NCBI GenBank assembly: GCA_030704615.1
Contig: CM060732.1
Coordinates: forward strand, 51,460,001 to 51,524,000
Length of the DNA stretch: 64,000 bases
Reading direction: 5' to 3'
Source of the DNA: Takakia lepidozioides
Taxonomy: Eukaryota > Plantae > Bryophyta
Of this stretch, positions 38,001-49,824 are shown one piece after another. The notes beneath the pieces were generated by a model, which saw only the letters and a program-made list of their open reading frames with translations, ran no database searches and was not told the origin of the DNA. How positions within the stretch are numbered: position 1 is the first letter of the stretch; each line of letters starts with the position of its first letter. A program made the position numbers and the translations under genes.

Positions 38001-40129
38001 AAGACGTGTCCCTGCTGGGCCAAAGTCGGCAAAGGAATCTGCTGCTCTGGAAGAATCCAGAAAGGCAGCTGAGATGGCACAAAAGACGGTGGATGCAGCT
38101 GTGCAGGCCCAACAGAAGGGGTCGAAGAAGAGGACTCGCCAACAAGGAGCAGCTGTTGTGACACCCGCCAAAACGAAGAAGCAGAAACAGCCTGTTCAGG
38201 AAGAGGGTGAGGAAGAGGACTCCGATGGAGACTTTGCAACCAGCCCACCCCCCCAAACGCAGGCTGCCTCCCCTGTGCCCACCGTTGTCACCAGAGGCAC
38301 GAGAACTGGCTCGGCAAAGAAGGCACTCTTCAACCCCCCAGGGGGGCACCCTTTCGAGCCGGTGGAAATGAAGAGGCCGAAAGTGGCTCCCGAAACTGTA
38401 GTCCAGTGTGTAAATGAGAGTTTCTTGGCGGCTTTGGATGGACGGGCAGCCAAGTTGGCATACATGAAGACCATGGAGGGTCTGAAGGGCAGAGCACTGA
38501 AGAAGGCGACTGCCGAAGAGCCTTCCGACACCCCAGGATTTCAGAATATGGTCTCGTTCTTTGAGAGGGTGTGTGCAGACAAGGATTGTAGGAGGGGCGG
38601 AAATGCCACCGAGTGGTCTTGCGATATGATCATCTTGGATATTCCGGACGGAGAGCCTGTGGAAGGACTGCAAGCTTTGCCATCTTGGAACAGGTACTCG
38701 GAGGACTTTTGGAAGAAAGGATTCGGGCTTGCCCGCATGGTGTTGGACGACAGAGGCTGTGTGGTTGTCCTGGCGAGCAGAGGAAAAAACACTCAGACAG
38801 GAATTGCGAAGTGGACCCGCAAGAGCGCCGTCCCGATTCTGAAAAAGAAGTGGACGTGCATCAACACACTGGGCCTTCGGTCGGAAGGGAAGAAGGTGAT
38901 TACGACACTGGCACTCGTCCATTCATTTGCTTGGGTGCTTTCAAATGCGGTGCCGCATTCGGTTTCTAATCGTTTTCCCCCTGTGTATGCAGACGAAGCA
39001 GTTCGATGCATACTGCTTTGTGAAGGAAAACTCCACCTTTGCTTTCCGGAAGGAGGGAGGAAAGGTTGACCCGAACTGCGACCCACTCGATTACGACGTT
39101 CTGTTCAACAACGTTCCCAAGGAACTTCTCCCTCATAGCCTCACTTCAACGGAACCCCTGCGGTACTCACGGACTCGGAGCCCTGCCTTCATTCAGACAA
39201 TTATGGAGACATGCACAGACGTGGAGGGCACAGTGCTGGACCTCATCTGTGGGACAGGTATGCAGAATCTTGATCTCTGCTGTTCTGCAAATTCTCGTTA
39301 GGATGTAGTTCGCAACATCTGAAGCGCCATGTGGTAATGTGTGGATGGCATTGTAACAGGTGCCTCAATGTGGGCTGGGCGGTTTTCCGACCGGCACCTC
39401 TTTGCCTACGAGGAGGATTCATCCGTGTGGGGATCCCATCTGGAGGGGCTGCAACGGAATGTGAAGGCTCCCGACAGAGCGGAAGTCTCCTCGGATTCGT
39501 CGGAGTCCGAGGAAGACACAGTGGACATTGATGCAGAGGAGAACCCGGAATACGAGTGAGTGCAAACATTGTAAGTTTGCAAAGCCTTCTGGGTCATTTA
39601 TGTCAAAGGAATTTCCCGACTGTGGTTCTCATTAGTCTCGTTGATGATTGTCATGTGCAGGATTGCAGGGTCCGGGTCGAAGCATGTAGGGCCTACACTT
39701 CCTGCCAGGAAGAATGTCCCGTTCTTTGCGAGGGCCGACTTCATGACGAGCCCGGTGAGGGACTACTCCCTTCCTAGTTATGCAGCTAAACTCGCAAATA
39801 CAGCGATTAGAAGAAGTGAGAATCCCAGTAAAGTAGAGCAGATTTTGGAGAGGGCTAGGGAGGACAGAAGGATAAGGAAAGAGTTGGCAGCAGCTCAGAC
39901 AGGTAGACGGGTACGAAAGTACATATGTGATTCAGCGGATGAGAGCGACGCAGACAGGGAGGAGGACGACCCAACGGAGGTGAGATGGACAGTTCCGCAA
40001 GGGGAAGATGGGATTTTTGAAAGCCTGGCCAACGAGCAGTCCGCTGGAGATGAGAGAGGCACTGAGGGGGTGGAGGAGGAGCAGGACAGTCTAGAACAGG
40101 ATGAGGATTCGGATGATTTTCAAGATTAA
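35005..40129 (+). CDS. Multi-exon gene: acidic N-terminus, ParB/Srx-like domain, helical region, beta-class N4C/N6A DNA methyltransferase-like domain, acidic tail
   Basis: FFVWDGNHRLLAW (DGNHR 36287-36301); CDMIILDIPDG..ARMVLDDRGCVVVL; RSPAFIQTIMETCTDVEGTVLDLICGTG/ASMWAGRFSDRHLFAYEED. In-phase GT-AG introns 36439-36550, 36741-36840, 37630-37775, 38896-38992, 39258-39359; other exon boundaries uncertain. Confidence 0.78.
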
Positions 40130-40265
40130 TAGAATTTTAATGAAGTCTCTGTAAATGTAAATTCTCTTCCAGAGTATATAAAGAAAATTCTGCCCGACAT
40201 TCGTGACCCCTCTCCAGTGTGCATTCCAGCCACACAATCGCCCAAACCAGGACGCTCCCAAAATC

Positions 40266-41064
40266 AGAAATGGGACAGGGCATTTCCAAAATTTTGGCAA
40301 CTCTAAGAACCTCTTTTGGAAATGCGGCACCGCATTTCCAAAACAGGGGAGGGACTAATTTTTCCATTTCAATGTTGGCATAGTAAAAAGTAATCTGAAT
40401 TGGGAATGCGGTGCCGCATTTCCAAAATTTCCTTTGTCCACACGCCAGTTTTGGCCTCTCCCGCTCATTGCATGGATGCCACCACGCTTACAGAGGTCGA
40501 ACAAGGAGGTCGAACAAGGAGGCCGACATGGCGGGATTGGAAATGCGGTGCCGCATTTCCATATTGGGGATGGTGGTTGTTCGAACTGCAGACCCATCAA
40601 CAAAAACTGGCACCGCATTCCATTGTAAAAAAAAAGTCGATGACGGACATGGAAATGCGGCGCCGCATTTCCAGAACGGACATCGCAATTTGTCAATTTG
40701 CAGACCCTCTCTCGGAAATGCGGTAACGCATTCCATCGCGCTGGTCGGAAATAGGTGCACTTTTCGAAGTGTTGGACGGAAATGCGGCACCGCATTCCCT
40801 TGTCCAAAAAGAAGTTTCCATTGCCAAGCTGGAAATGCGTCGCCGCATTTGCAATGCCAACCTCGTTTTCTGATCAATTTATAGACCCGTGTTGGTATTT
40901 CGTGTACCTGGACGGAAATGATGCACCGCATTTCTTGTCCGACATGGAAATGCGGTGCCGAATTTCGATGTCCGACATGGAAATGCGGTGCCGCATTTCG
41001 ATCCCGACATGGAAATGCGGCGCCGCATTTCGATGCCGACATGGAAATGCGGTGCCGCATTTCA
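40266..41064. repeat. Second cluster (~15 copies) of the same palindrome; last five copies in 32-33 bp tandem units
   Basis: Starts at 40266, 40318, 40402, 40539, 40601, 40651, 40714, 40747, 40778, 40831, 40914, 40946, 40979, 41011, 41043. Confidence 0.93.
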
Positions 41065-41691
41065 ATGTCCGACATGGCGTTACTCTGGTATATTCTTGAC
41101 ACATGACTCACATACCGGTTACTCTGCTTTATTCAACCAGACAGACAAATTGTAGAAATGAGACATCAAATTGTAAACAGTGGGCCAAATCCGAGAGTTA
41201 TTCAACACAATGAAACACAGTCATACAGAAGTGAGGTACATTCCAGGGCACACTCCAGGGCACATTTAAATTTCCCCCGTACAGGATCCTGGACCGATGA
41301 AGATTGGCTGCTGCATGAATGTAGCCGTTTCAGTTTCCTACCCTGCCATGCAAACTATGGGCAGTCACTGCCAGGTGGGCCGATAGCCACTGGACACGAC
41401 GAAGTCCATCCCCTCTTCGATGTAAATGCGGCGCCGAATTTCCATCCGGGGGGATGGATTTCGGTGGCAGATCTCAAACTATAACTTGTTGATGAGAAAG
41501 ATGTATGGCTTCATCCACCGCTGGCGTGATGAACACGTTCCACCTCCGTCGGTGGGTACGTGTGACCCAGATGCTCCATTTTGGAGGCCGGACTGCTCTT
41601 CCGCTTCGTATCTTTTCCAAAATCTAAGGGCTTCGTAGCTGTCCGCAAGGTCATCGGCATCCAAGTCGTCCTCAGGTCCTCCATTGCAAGG

Positions 41692-42255
41692 ATGCCGTGC
41701 TTCCGGAACCGGGACGACTGCCCCTTTGGAGGCATCGATTATGCAATGTATTCGGCCACATCGGGAGACATTGTTATCTGGTACACAGATTACACAGAAG
41801 ATACTGGTTCGATTGTGGAAACATTGGTGGCTTTTGAGTATATCGTAGGCCACTACGCCTTCGAGCGGGGTGACGATCTTGGTTTGAGGAGTCCGTGGCT
41901 CCTGCGCATCCTCGATTCCGATTTTCCCAGCTACGACGGTCACCCATGCAGAAGAAGGCGCACTGCTATGCTGTTGCGGTGGAACTGCTGCCACTGGACG
42001 TGGGTGGACTCAATCGGAGAGACCTATTCTCCTCGAGGAGTGCGCTCCTCTTCTCCATTGTATGGGGACATTCGCATTGGTGTGGACGACGAAAACGTGA
42101 AGATTTCCATATTCGATGGTGGTATGATTGAAGGGCAGGACATTGTGGTGAACATCACTAGGGGCGGTACAACGGCTGCAATCGACTTTACATGGAGGAG
42201 CCCCAGGACTCATGAGCTAGTTCTGAGAGCAGTCGAAGTCCCATTGACAACGTGA
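41692..42255 (+). CDS. Hypothetical 187-aa protein (third MULE ORF), function unknown
   Basis: ATG at 41692 in the 41581-42255 frame; globular, beta-rich-looking composition; AATAAA ~80 nt downstream. Confidence 0.4.
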   Translation: MPCFRNRDDCPFGGIDYAMYSATSGDIVIWYTDYTEDTGSIVETLVAFEYIVGHYAFERGDDLGLRSPWLLRILDSDFPSYDGHPCRRRRTAMLLRWNCCHWTWVDSIGETYSPRGVRSSSPLYGDIRIGVDDENVKISIFDGGMIEGQDIVVNITRGGTTAAIDFTWRSPRTHELVLRAVEVPLTT

Positions 42256-42637
42256 CTTGTATTCAGTAGGCACAGGGCTCAAGATTTGAGGGCACAATCA
42301 GCACAGTAGACGTGCTTCAAATGCAATTCATGTGGATCAATAAAAACCTCATTGTGCCCTCTTTTTATTCTATTCTGTGTCCATTGTTCCGAGAATGCGT
42401 CATTGCTCATTTCGTTTGGGATTGGGAGTGTGGGTGAATTTTGCAAATGGCTGGTAGGCTGAAATGGGCCCCCATTGTACAGAGCAATACCACCCTACCA
42501 TTCGCGAAACATTGCCTTTCAATATATAATTCTAAATAACATTGCCGAACCTCCTTCATCGGGAGGTCCTTCTCCCCCTATGACCGTGGCACCCTAAACC
42601 CTATTCCCGCGGACACTCATTTCCGGAAAATAGTGCT

Positions 42638-42718
42638 GCTCATGTTTTTTTCCACACTTACGACTCTGCTCATGGCTCATGCCGCTCATGGCTCATGGCT
42701 CATGAAATAGCAGCCCCC
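42638..42718 (-). repeat. Right TIR (42698-42718) and subterminal GCTCATG repeats
   Basis: Reverse complement reads GGGGGCTGCTATTTCATGAGCCATGAGCCATGAGCGGCATGAGCCATGAGC. Confidence 0.88.
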
Positions 42719-42987
42719 GTGGTAGGTTGTGATAGGATGTGTTGCGCCATGCTGGGCTGTGATAGGCTGTGTTGCGCCTTGCTGGGCTGTGATAGGCTGT
42801 GTCACGTCGTGATGGGCTGTGAAAGGCTGTGTTGCGCCGTGCTGGGCTGTGATAGGCTGTGTCACGTCGTGATGGGCTGTGAAAGGCTGTGTTGCGCCTT
42901 GCTGGGCTGTGATAGGATGTGTCACGTCGTGATGGGCTGTGATAGGCTGTGCTTTGCCTTGATGGGCTGTGATAGGATGTGTCACGT
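42719..42987. repeat. 30-bp tandem repeat downstream of pol (copy C); target of the MULE insertion
   Basis: GCTGTGATAGGCTGTGTCACGTCGTGATGG-like units; continues at 19515-19617. Confidence 0.9.
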
Positions 42988-42989
42988 TT

Positions 42990-45900
42990 GTTTTGCCCAC
43001 CCTGGTCATATATGCTGGGCCTAGCGACAAGTGTTCCATACTCCGTTCGTAACATTGGTGCAGCCCGTGACTGCTCTTGCGGTTCAACATGCAAATCATG
43101 CTGCAGGGGTTTGTCATGGATACCACTGTACCCCTTCAACTTATTTGCATTGACTCTTCCCAGCATTTCTTTGTTAATGGTTTGTAACATGGCGGTGTTG
43201 TTATCATACATCTTTTGTATGACATAAGGTCCTTTCCACGGTGATTTAAGCTTAGAAGCTTGAATCTTTCCTTTCTTCTGCAACCATAGAACCAAATCCC
43301 CCGTCTTAAAAGTCTTTAACTTGCCTTCATCAAACTGTTCCTTTCGCTTCATCTGAATTCTGGTCATATTATCAGCTGCATCAGCACGTACTTCTTCCAC
43401 ATGGTATAATTCATGTTTCCTGACCTTGATGGAGTCTTGCAATTCCATTCTTTTTCCCCACTCCGTTCTCATGGTAGGTAACAGGAATTCCACTGGAAGT
43501 AAGGCTTCCATACCAAAACTAATTGGAATGGTGTATACTTAGTGGTGACTTTATATGAAGTCCTGTATGACCACAAAGCTGTCAGCAGCTTTGTATCCCA
43601 ATCCGTTCTGTTTGCATTGACTATCTTAGCCAAGATAGTACATAGTATTTTGTTGGTAGCCTCTGCCTGCCCATTACCCTGTGGGTAATATGTTGTACTC
43701 TTTCTATGCACAATCATAAACTCTTTAGTCAACAACTCAATGGTCGCATTCATGAAGTGACTTCCTTGATCACTGATAAATTCTAAGGGACAGCCAAATC
43801 TTGTAAGTATGTTCTCGTACAGGAACCTTGCTGTGGACTTGGCTGTGTTGTCCCTCAAAGCTTTAGCTTCCACCCACTTTGTAGTATAATCAGTGGCTGT
43901 AATTATGTACCTGTTTCGTGTATTCTTGGATGGTGGGTTAATTGGTCCAACAAAGTCTAGTCCCCATTTCTGAAATGGTTCCGTAGGCATTGTAGGATGC
44001 AAGGCCATCCTTCCAGATCTCTGCAAAGGTCCTAGCCTCTGACATTCATCACACTTCTGACAATACTTGTGTACATCTTTGAACAAAGTAGGCCACCAGT
44101 ATCCTGCGAGTAGTATCTTTCTACTGGTAGTCTCTTCTCCAAAATGACCTCCAGCCACTCCTTTATGAACTTCCGCCAAAACTTTATTCACTTCATGGTG
44201 GTACAAGCATCGTTTTAGTACTCCATCAGGTCCTAACTTATACATTCTGCTTCCTACCATAGTATAAGGTAAAGCTTTGATAGCGATTCTCTTCCTCTGC
44301 TCTTTACCATAACTAGGTGGGCACTGACCATGAACAAGGTAGTATCTGATTGGCCACTGCCAATCTAACCAGTCATCTGCACTTCCCTGCACCTCCATTG
44401 CAAAGAGACTCGCATCTGGTAATTGATCATCTATTCTTGTGGCTGGTTCTCCTGTTGACAATCGTGACAAATGATCCGCCACAAGATGCAGTCTCCCAGG
44501 CTTGTAAACAACCTCGAACTCAAACTCGTGCAAGATTATCAACCATCTTGCTATTCTTCCGCTTATCAGAGGTTTGTTTACCAGGTATATCAGAGCCTGG
44601 TGATCCACATAGAACATAAACTTCTTGCCCAATAGGTAATGCCTGAATTTCTTCACTGCATAGATCATTGCCAATGCTTCTCTTTCCGTTGTGCTATAGT
44701 TCCTCTCAGCACTGTTCATCAACCGGCTAGCATAGTACACAGGTGAATCTATATTCCCTGTAACATTCTGGGCTAACACCGCTCCCAACGCTTCTCCTGA
44801 TGCATCGCAGTGAACATGGAATACTACATGCCAGTGAGGGTTAATCAGCACAGGTGTAGTTGTTACTGACAGTGTAAGTTCCTCAAACGCCTGTTGACAT
44901 TCAGCTGTCCAGGTAAACACTGCATCTTTCTTCAGAAGCTTGCTCAATGGTGCTGCTATTTGTGCATACCTTTTGACAAATCTTCTGTAATAACTGGTTT
45001 GCCCAAGGAATCTCCTTAAACTCTTAACATTCACTGGTGGTGGAGAGGCTTTAATGGACTCTGTCTTCCTGGGATCCACAAGGAGTCCCTTCTTACACAC
45101 AATGTGTCCCAGAAGCACCCCTGAGTTCACACAGAAAGTACACTTCTCTGGATTCAGGCCCAGACCTCTCATCCTGCATCTGGCCAGGCATAACTCCAAT
45201 TTATGCAAGTGCTCATTCTTAGAGCTGTACACACTGAAATCATCCAAGAACACCTGCATGAAATCATCCAGATACTCATGAAAAGATTCACTTATCACTC
45301 TCTGAAAGGTCGCTGGTGCATTACAAAGTCCAAAGGGCATGACTTTGTATGCATAAGCCCCCCAGTCTGTGATGAAAGCTGTTTTCCCTTGGTCTTCTTC
45401 TGCCACTTGCACTTGATTATAACCACTGAAGCCATCCATGAATGAGTACATCTCATGGCCTGCCACAGTGTCTAATACTGCTTCTGTGAATGGCAAAGGG
45501 AAAGGATCTTTCTTCGTACAAGCATTCAGCTTCTTATAGTTCACACATACTCTTAGTTTGCCATTCTTCTTGGGAACTATAACAATGGGTGACAACCAAG
45601 TTGTATACTCTATTGGGTATATAAACTTAGCCTCAGCCAACTTCTTTATCTCTTCTCCAACCTTCTGTGCGTAGTTGGGATTCATTCTATACCTCGCCTG
45701 CTTGATTGGTACTGACCCTGGTTCCAGTTCAATCTTATGCTGACAGACTTCAGGTGGTATCCCTTTTAGATCCTCATAGCTCCAAGCAAATACATCTCTG
45801 TATTTGATGAACAAGCTTTTAGCTTCTTCGAAGAATTCCGGCTCCAAATCAGCTCCTACTTTCACCATCCTCGGTTCCTCCTTAGTTCCCACATTTACTT

Positions 45901-48900
45901 CTCTCACCTGCTCATCAGCTGTGATTGTCCAACCAGTCACCACTTCATCCTGTAAGCTCACAGTGGCTGGTTCTTCTAGGATTTCTATTTCTCCTTCTCT
46001 CTCTTCATAGAAATGTGATGGGTAAATGCTGGTTTCCTCTTCAGTTGGTGTTGCTGTCACTACACCACAGCAGATACCTCTCAAACAACTTAGGCTTTCC
46101 AGCCGCATCTCTGCAACCTGCTCCCACTCTGGGTGTGCAGCAAATAGGGTAGCTTCCTGCTCCTCATCCAGTCCTCCTCTCCAGTCATACTCTCTGACTC
46201 CTCGAGGTCTTCTTGTAGCAGGTAATCTACTAGATTTCTTTGTGGTAATTTGTATCTCGTGTATCCCATTATGCACGGTTAGTAACTGAGAATTCCAGTC
46301 ATGGAATACCCTGGCCTGTTTCAGCCACGGACGTCCCAATAATAAGGAGTAAGCCTCCATGACTTCATCCATTTTTAATACAGTTACTGTGATCATAAAG
46401 ATCATTTTCTGTATCTGTATCTTAACTCCTCTTATTAATCCCAATGGCTGCACACTTCTTTGATCTGCCATTGTTACTGTAAATGGGGCTGGTTTCATGT
46501 TACTTAGACCAAGCTTCTTCCTTAATTGGTCTGTCATGATATTTACTCCAGAACCACCATCTATCAGTACATCAGTTAGTTCTGTGCTTCCAATTCTCAA
46601 TTGGATTACTGGCATAGAATCATCAAAGTCCATGACTGGTTCTCGCCCTTCCGGCTTCACATTATAACTGGTCACCTTGCTGTTCAGGTCTGTGTTTCCT
46701 GTCTCTTGGGCAATTCGATTGATTGCTTGATACAGCCTGTGCCTACAATAAGGTGCCACAGCTAATAGCTGTCCAATGGTAATTTCTGCTTTGGTCTGAC
46801 ATATTACTTCAGCCAAAGTCTCTTCATTACTTTGCATGTCTGCATCTTCTTTTTTCCTTTCTTCCTCACTCCCTTCTTTTTCTCCATCCGAATCAGAGGA
46901 ATCTGCCACAGGAATATCAGTACTCTTTTGCATTTCCCTTATAGTATCTGCCACTTCCTTGTGCAGTTCCTTCTCATCTTTCCAAGTCTCTTCATCTTCA
47001 GGCATATCATTGCCACTTCCAGTCTCATCTTCTTCCTCTTCTACTGGAGGTATTAGTTTGGCTTTACTTCTTGTTACTATCATTGTACTTACTTCTGGTA
47101 CAACACATGGCCTAACCATGTGAGCTGCCACCACTGGGCCCTCATTCACAGGAGCTCTCATCTCATTCTGGTGTCTTATCCAGAATGAACAGGCTGCCTT
47201 GCGATGTCCTGGCTGATTACAATAGTAACATAGCTCTTCACCATTGGGTCCTCGCCCTTGGTCTGTTCTTGGATTATTTCTATAATCCTGATTCCCGGGC
47301 TGGTAATTCCCCCTTGGATTACCCTGATAGTTGCCTCTGGAATTTCCTTGGTAATTCCCTCTTGAATTACCTCTCCCTTCCATGCCATTGTTATAACCAC
47401 CAGACCTACCATTCTTCTTGGCTGGGGCTGCACCTGATGCACCCTTACTTGCCTAGGTTCTCTTGCAGCTGTCCTTCTGTTGTAGTAACAATTCTCAGTA
47501 GAATGGTTATCCATTTTACAGATAGTACAGTGTTTCTCCTTCATGTGGCATTCTGTGGTGGTATGGCCTTCATTCTGGCACTTTGCACACCATACACCCT
47601 TCCTCCAATGTGTTGCAGCCTCTGTGGCATACTTCTTCAAGATTTCTTCCAATTTTTTTTCATAGTTATCCCTCTTCAACTTCTCCTTTCTCTTACTCTT
47701 TCTTTTAGTTCTTGCTCTTCTTCTTCATCTGACTCATCCTCAGAGTCCTCATCTTCTTTTTTCTCTCTCCTGAGCATTCCCAATTGCTCAATTCTGTTCG
47801 CAGTTTCAAATGCCTCCTCCACTGTATTATGGGGTAACATATCCACTTTCTTTTGCAACTCTGGTCTTAGTCCACTCACAAACCAAGTCTTCTGTAAACC
47901 GGCCGCTGGTACTGCAGCCAGCTTTTTCATCATCAATTCCATCTTCTCCATATACTCTTCAACAGTTTCATGCTTCTTCTGCTTCAGCTGTTGTAAACTT
48001 CCATACACTTCATCCTCAGTTTTACTTGTCCTGAACCTATTTCGAAATGCTGTATTCAAGCCATTCCAGGTTAGGAAATGATTATCAGGAAATCTTGCAT
48101 ACCATTCACTTGCTTTCTTGATAAGTGAACAAGGAAACAGTCTCATCTTGGCATCATCGCCATTCTCATTGTTCACTATACACATGTGCTCAAATTGGCT
48201 AATGTGTACATCGGGATCCCCTTTTCCTGAATATATTGGAAAGGGTGGTTTTGCCCGTGTTGGTTGTAACGCCATCTGTGGCCCTACCTTCTGCCCACTG
48301 ACAGGTGCTGGCACCCTTGCTGGTGCTGGTCCTTCTGGACCTGTTGTTTTGTGGTGGATCTTCCACCAAGTGGTGGCCCTTGAGCACTCCTTGCTTCTGG
48401 CCCCACGATATTCACAGTATTCCCAGCTTCAGTTGCACTACTTCCCACACTCCCTGTCCCCCCAGAGCCAGATCCAGGCAGCCCGCCTGATCCCCCTGAG
48501 CCGACACCTTCGTTGGCCTGTGATCCAAGTGCTCCACTTGATCCAAGTCCAACGGGTTGGGATGTCTTGGTTGTAGTCTCAACCTCAGCTGTTGGGTCTA
48601 CTTCTTCATATTCTTCCTCTTCTAATTTCTTCTCTCTGTGTTCATCCTCCAAGTTCTGCCCTTGGGTTTCTTCTTCACTCATGTAACTCAACTGTAATGG
48701 TGTTGGAGAGTCTGAACTCTCCGTTGGCTCTGCCACATCCTCTTCTCCTTCTTCATCTTCTGCTTCAGAAACTGGAGTTCCTGCTTTTGGTGTTCCATGC
48801 CAACTCTTATCAAAGATTTCTGTCAAGTCTTTTATCCAAGGATGTACCTCAGATCTTTCACCTCGTGATTGATCTTCTTCCTGTACCAATTCCCTTAATC

Positions 48901-49105
48901 TTTCTTGCAAAGAAACAGAAGGAGTGGCATCCAACTCTAGTTCTTCCGGTATAGGTGATGCACTCTTTGATCTTGATGGTGTGAGAGGTCCAGATGATTC
49001 CCCTATGTCTATTCCTCTCTCCCAAAGATATGGATAATTAGCTTTCAGATAGCTTTCTCTTTTTGCTGAATATCTTTGTCGTCTAGCTTCTCTTTCATCA
49101 CTCAT
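42990..49105 (-). CDS. gag-pol: Gag-Pol polyprotein of copy C (gag, protease, RT, RNase H, integrase), a few frameshifts
   Basis: 1304-aa ORF 43469-47383 joins the last knuckle to VLIDGGSG (PR), FLDD (RT), HCDASG (RH) and HHCC/DDE (IN); GPY module in 42693-43511. Confidence 0.95.
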
Positions 49106-49126
49106 GTCCCATGTCTTTCATTTCTT

Positions 49127-49824
49127 TTAATGTGGCAATAACCAAAACTCTCTTCTGTAATATCTCTCGTATATGCCTGGGTTTCTTTCAAGCTTCAATG
49201 CACCCTTGGCTATACTTGAAGTCTCCGTTACCATATAACCATATGGCAAACAAGTCTGAAAAGTGTTCTTGGTGTGAGTTTGATCCACAAAATATCCTTT
49301 GGAATCCAATTCTTTACCAGTACAAGCTCTTCATGCATATGAGTATAAACATTCACCTTTCTTTCTTCCCAGCCTTCAAACTCTACTCGTTTAATGGATA
49401 GCAATGCTATCACATAAACCAATGTTGGTAACCAACGTGCTCTTCCTCTACAGGCTACCTGATAAATCTTTATCACTCCTTCTCCAGACCCCATTCTGGA
49501 TCAGCATCATGCACTCGTTTAAGAATATTTTCTTTACAACCGTCTGGCAATTCCAAGAACCTTTGAAAGAATTGTTTGGACAATCTTTCTTCCTTCGTTC
49601 CACAGGGAATTTGATTCACTTCAAATTCTTTAATGGTCCAACCACCATGATCCCACCAGATGCCTGTCACATCTGGTTGTTCATGTCCCAGGTCCCCAGT
49701 ATGGTCGCCAAATGTCGCGCGGCTTTTACTCACCCATCCCTTCGCTATTCGAGGCGGGCGGAAACTCCAAGATAGAAGAGTTGGAAATCTCTAAGTACTC
49801 AGCCCGCGCAGAACAATCAGTCAT
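49127..49824 (-). CDS. ORF1 of copy C (frameshifted)
   Basis: Homologous to 2101-2795. Confidence 0.55.

Larger units (their letters stand above)
19618..42718. mobile_element. Large Mutator-like (MULE) DNA transposon, ~14.9 kb native plus an 8.2 kb nested LTR element
   Basis: 8-bp TSD GTGGTAGG (single in the empty site of copy D, ~58219-58226 reverse complement); imperfect 21-bp TIRs with G...C ends; MULE transposase inside. Confidence 0.93.

Noticed and set aside
37741-38922. 393-aa minus-strand ORF
   Set aside because: Antisense shadow of the GC-rich MTase exon; no motifs.
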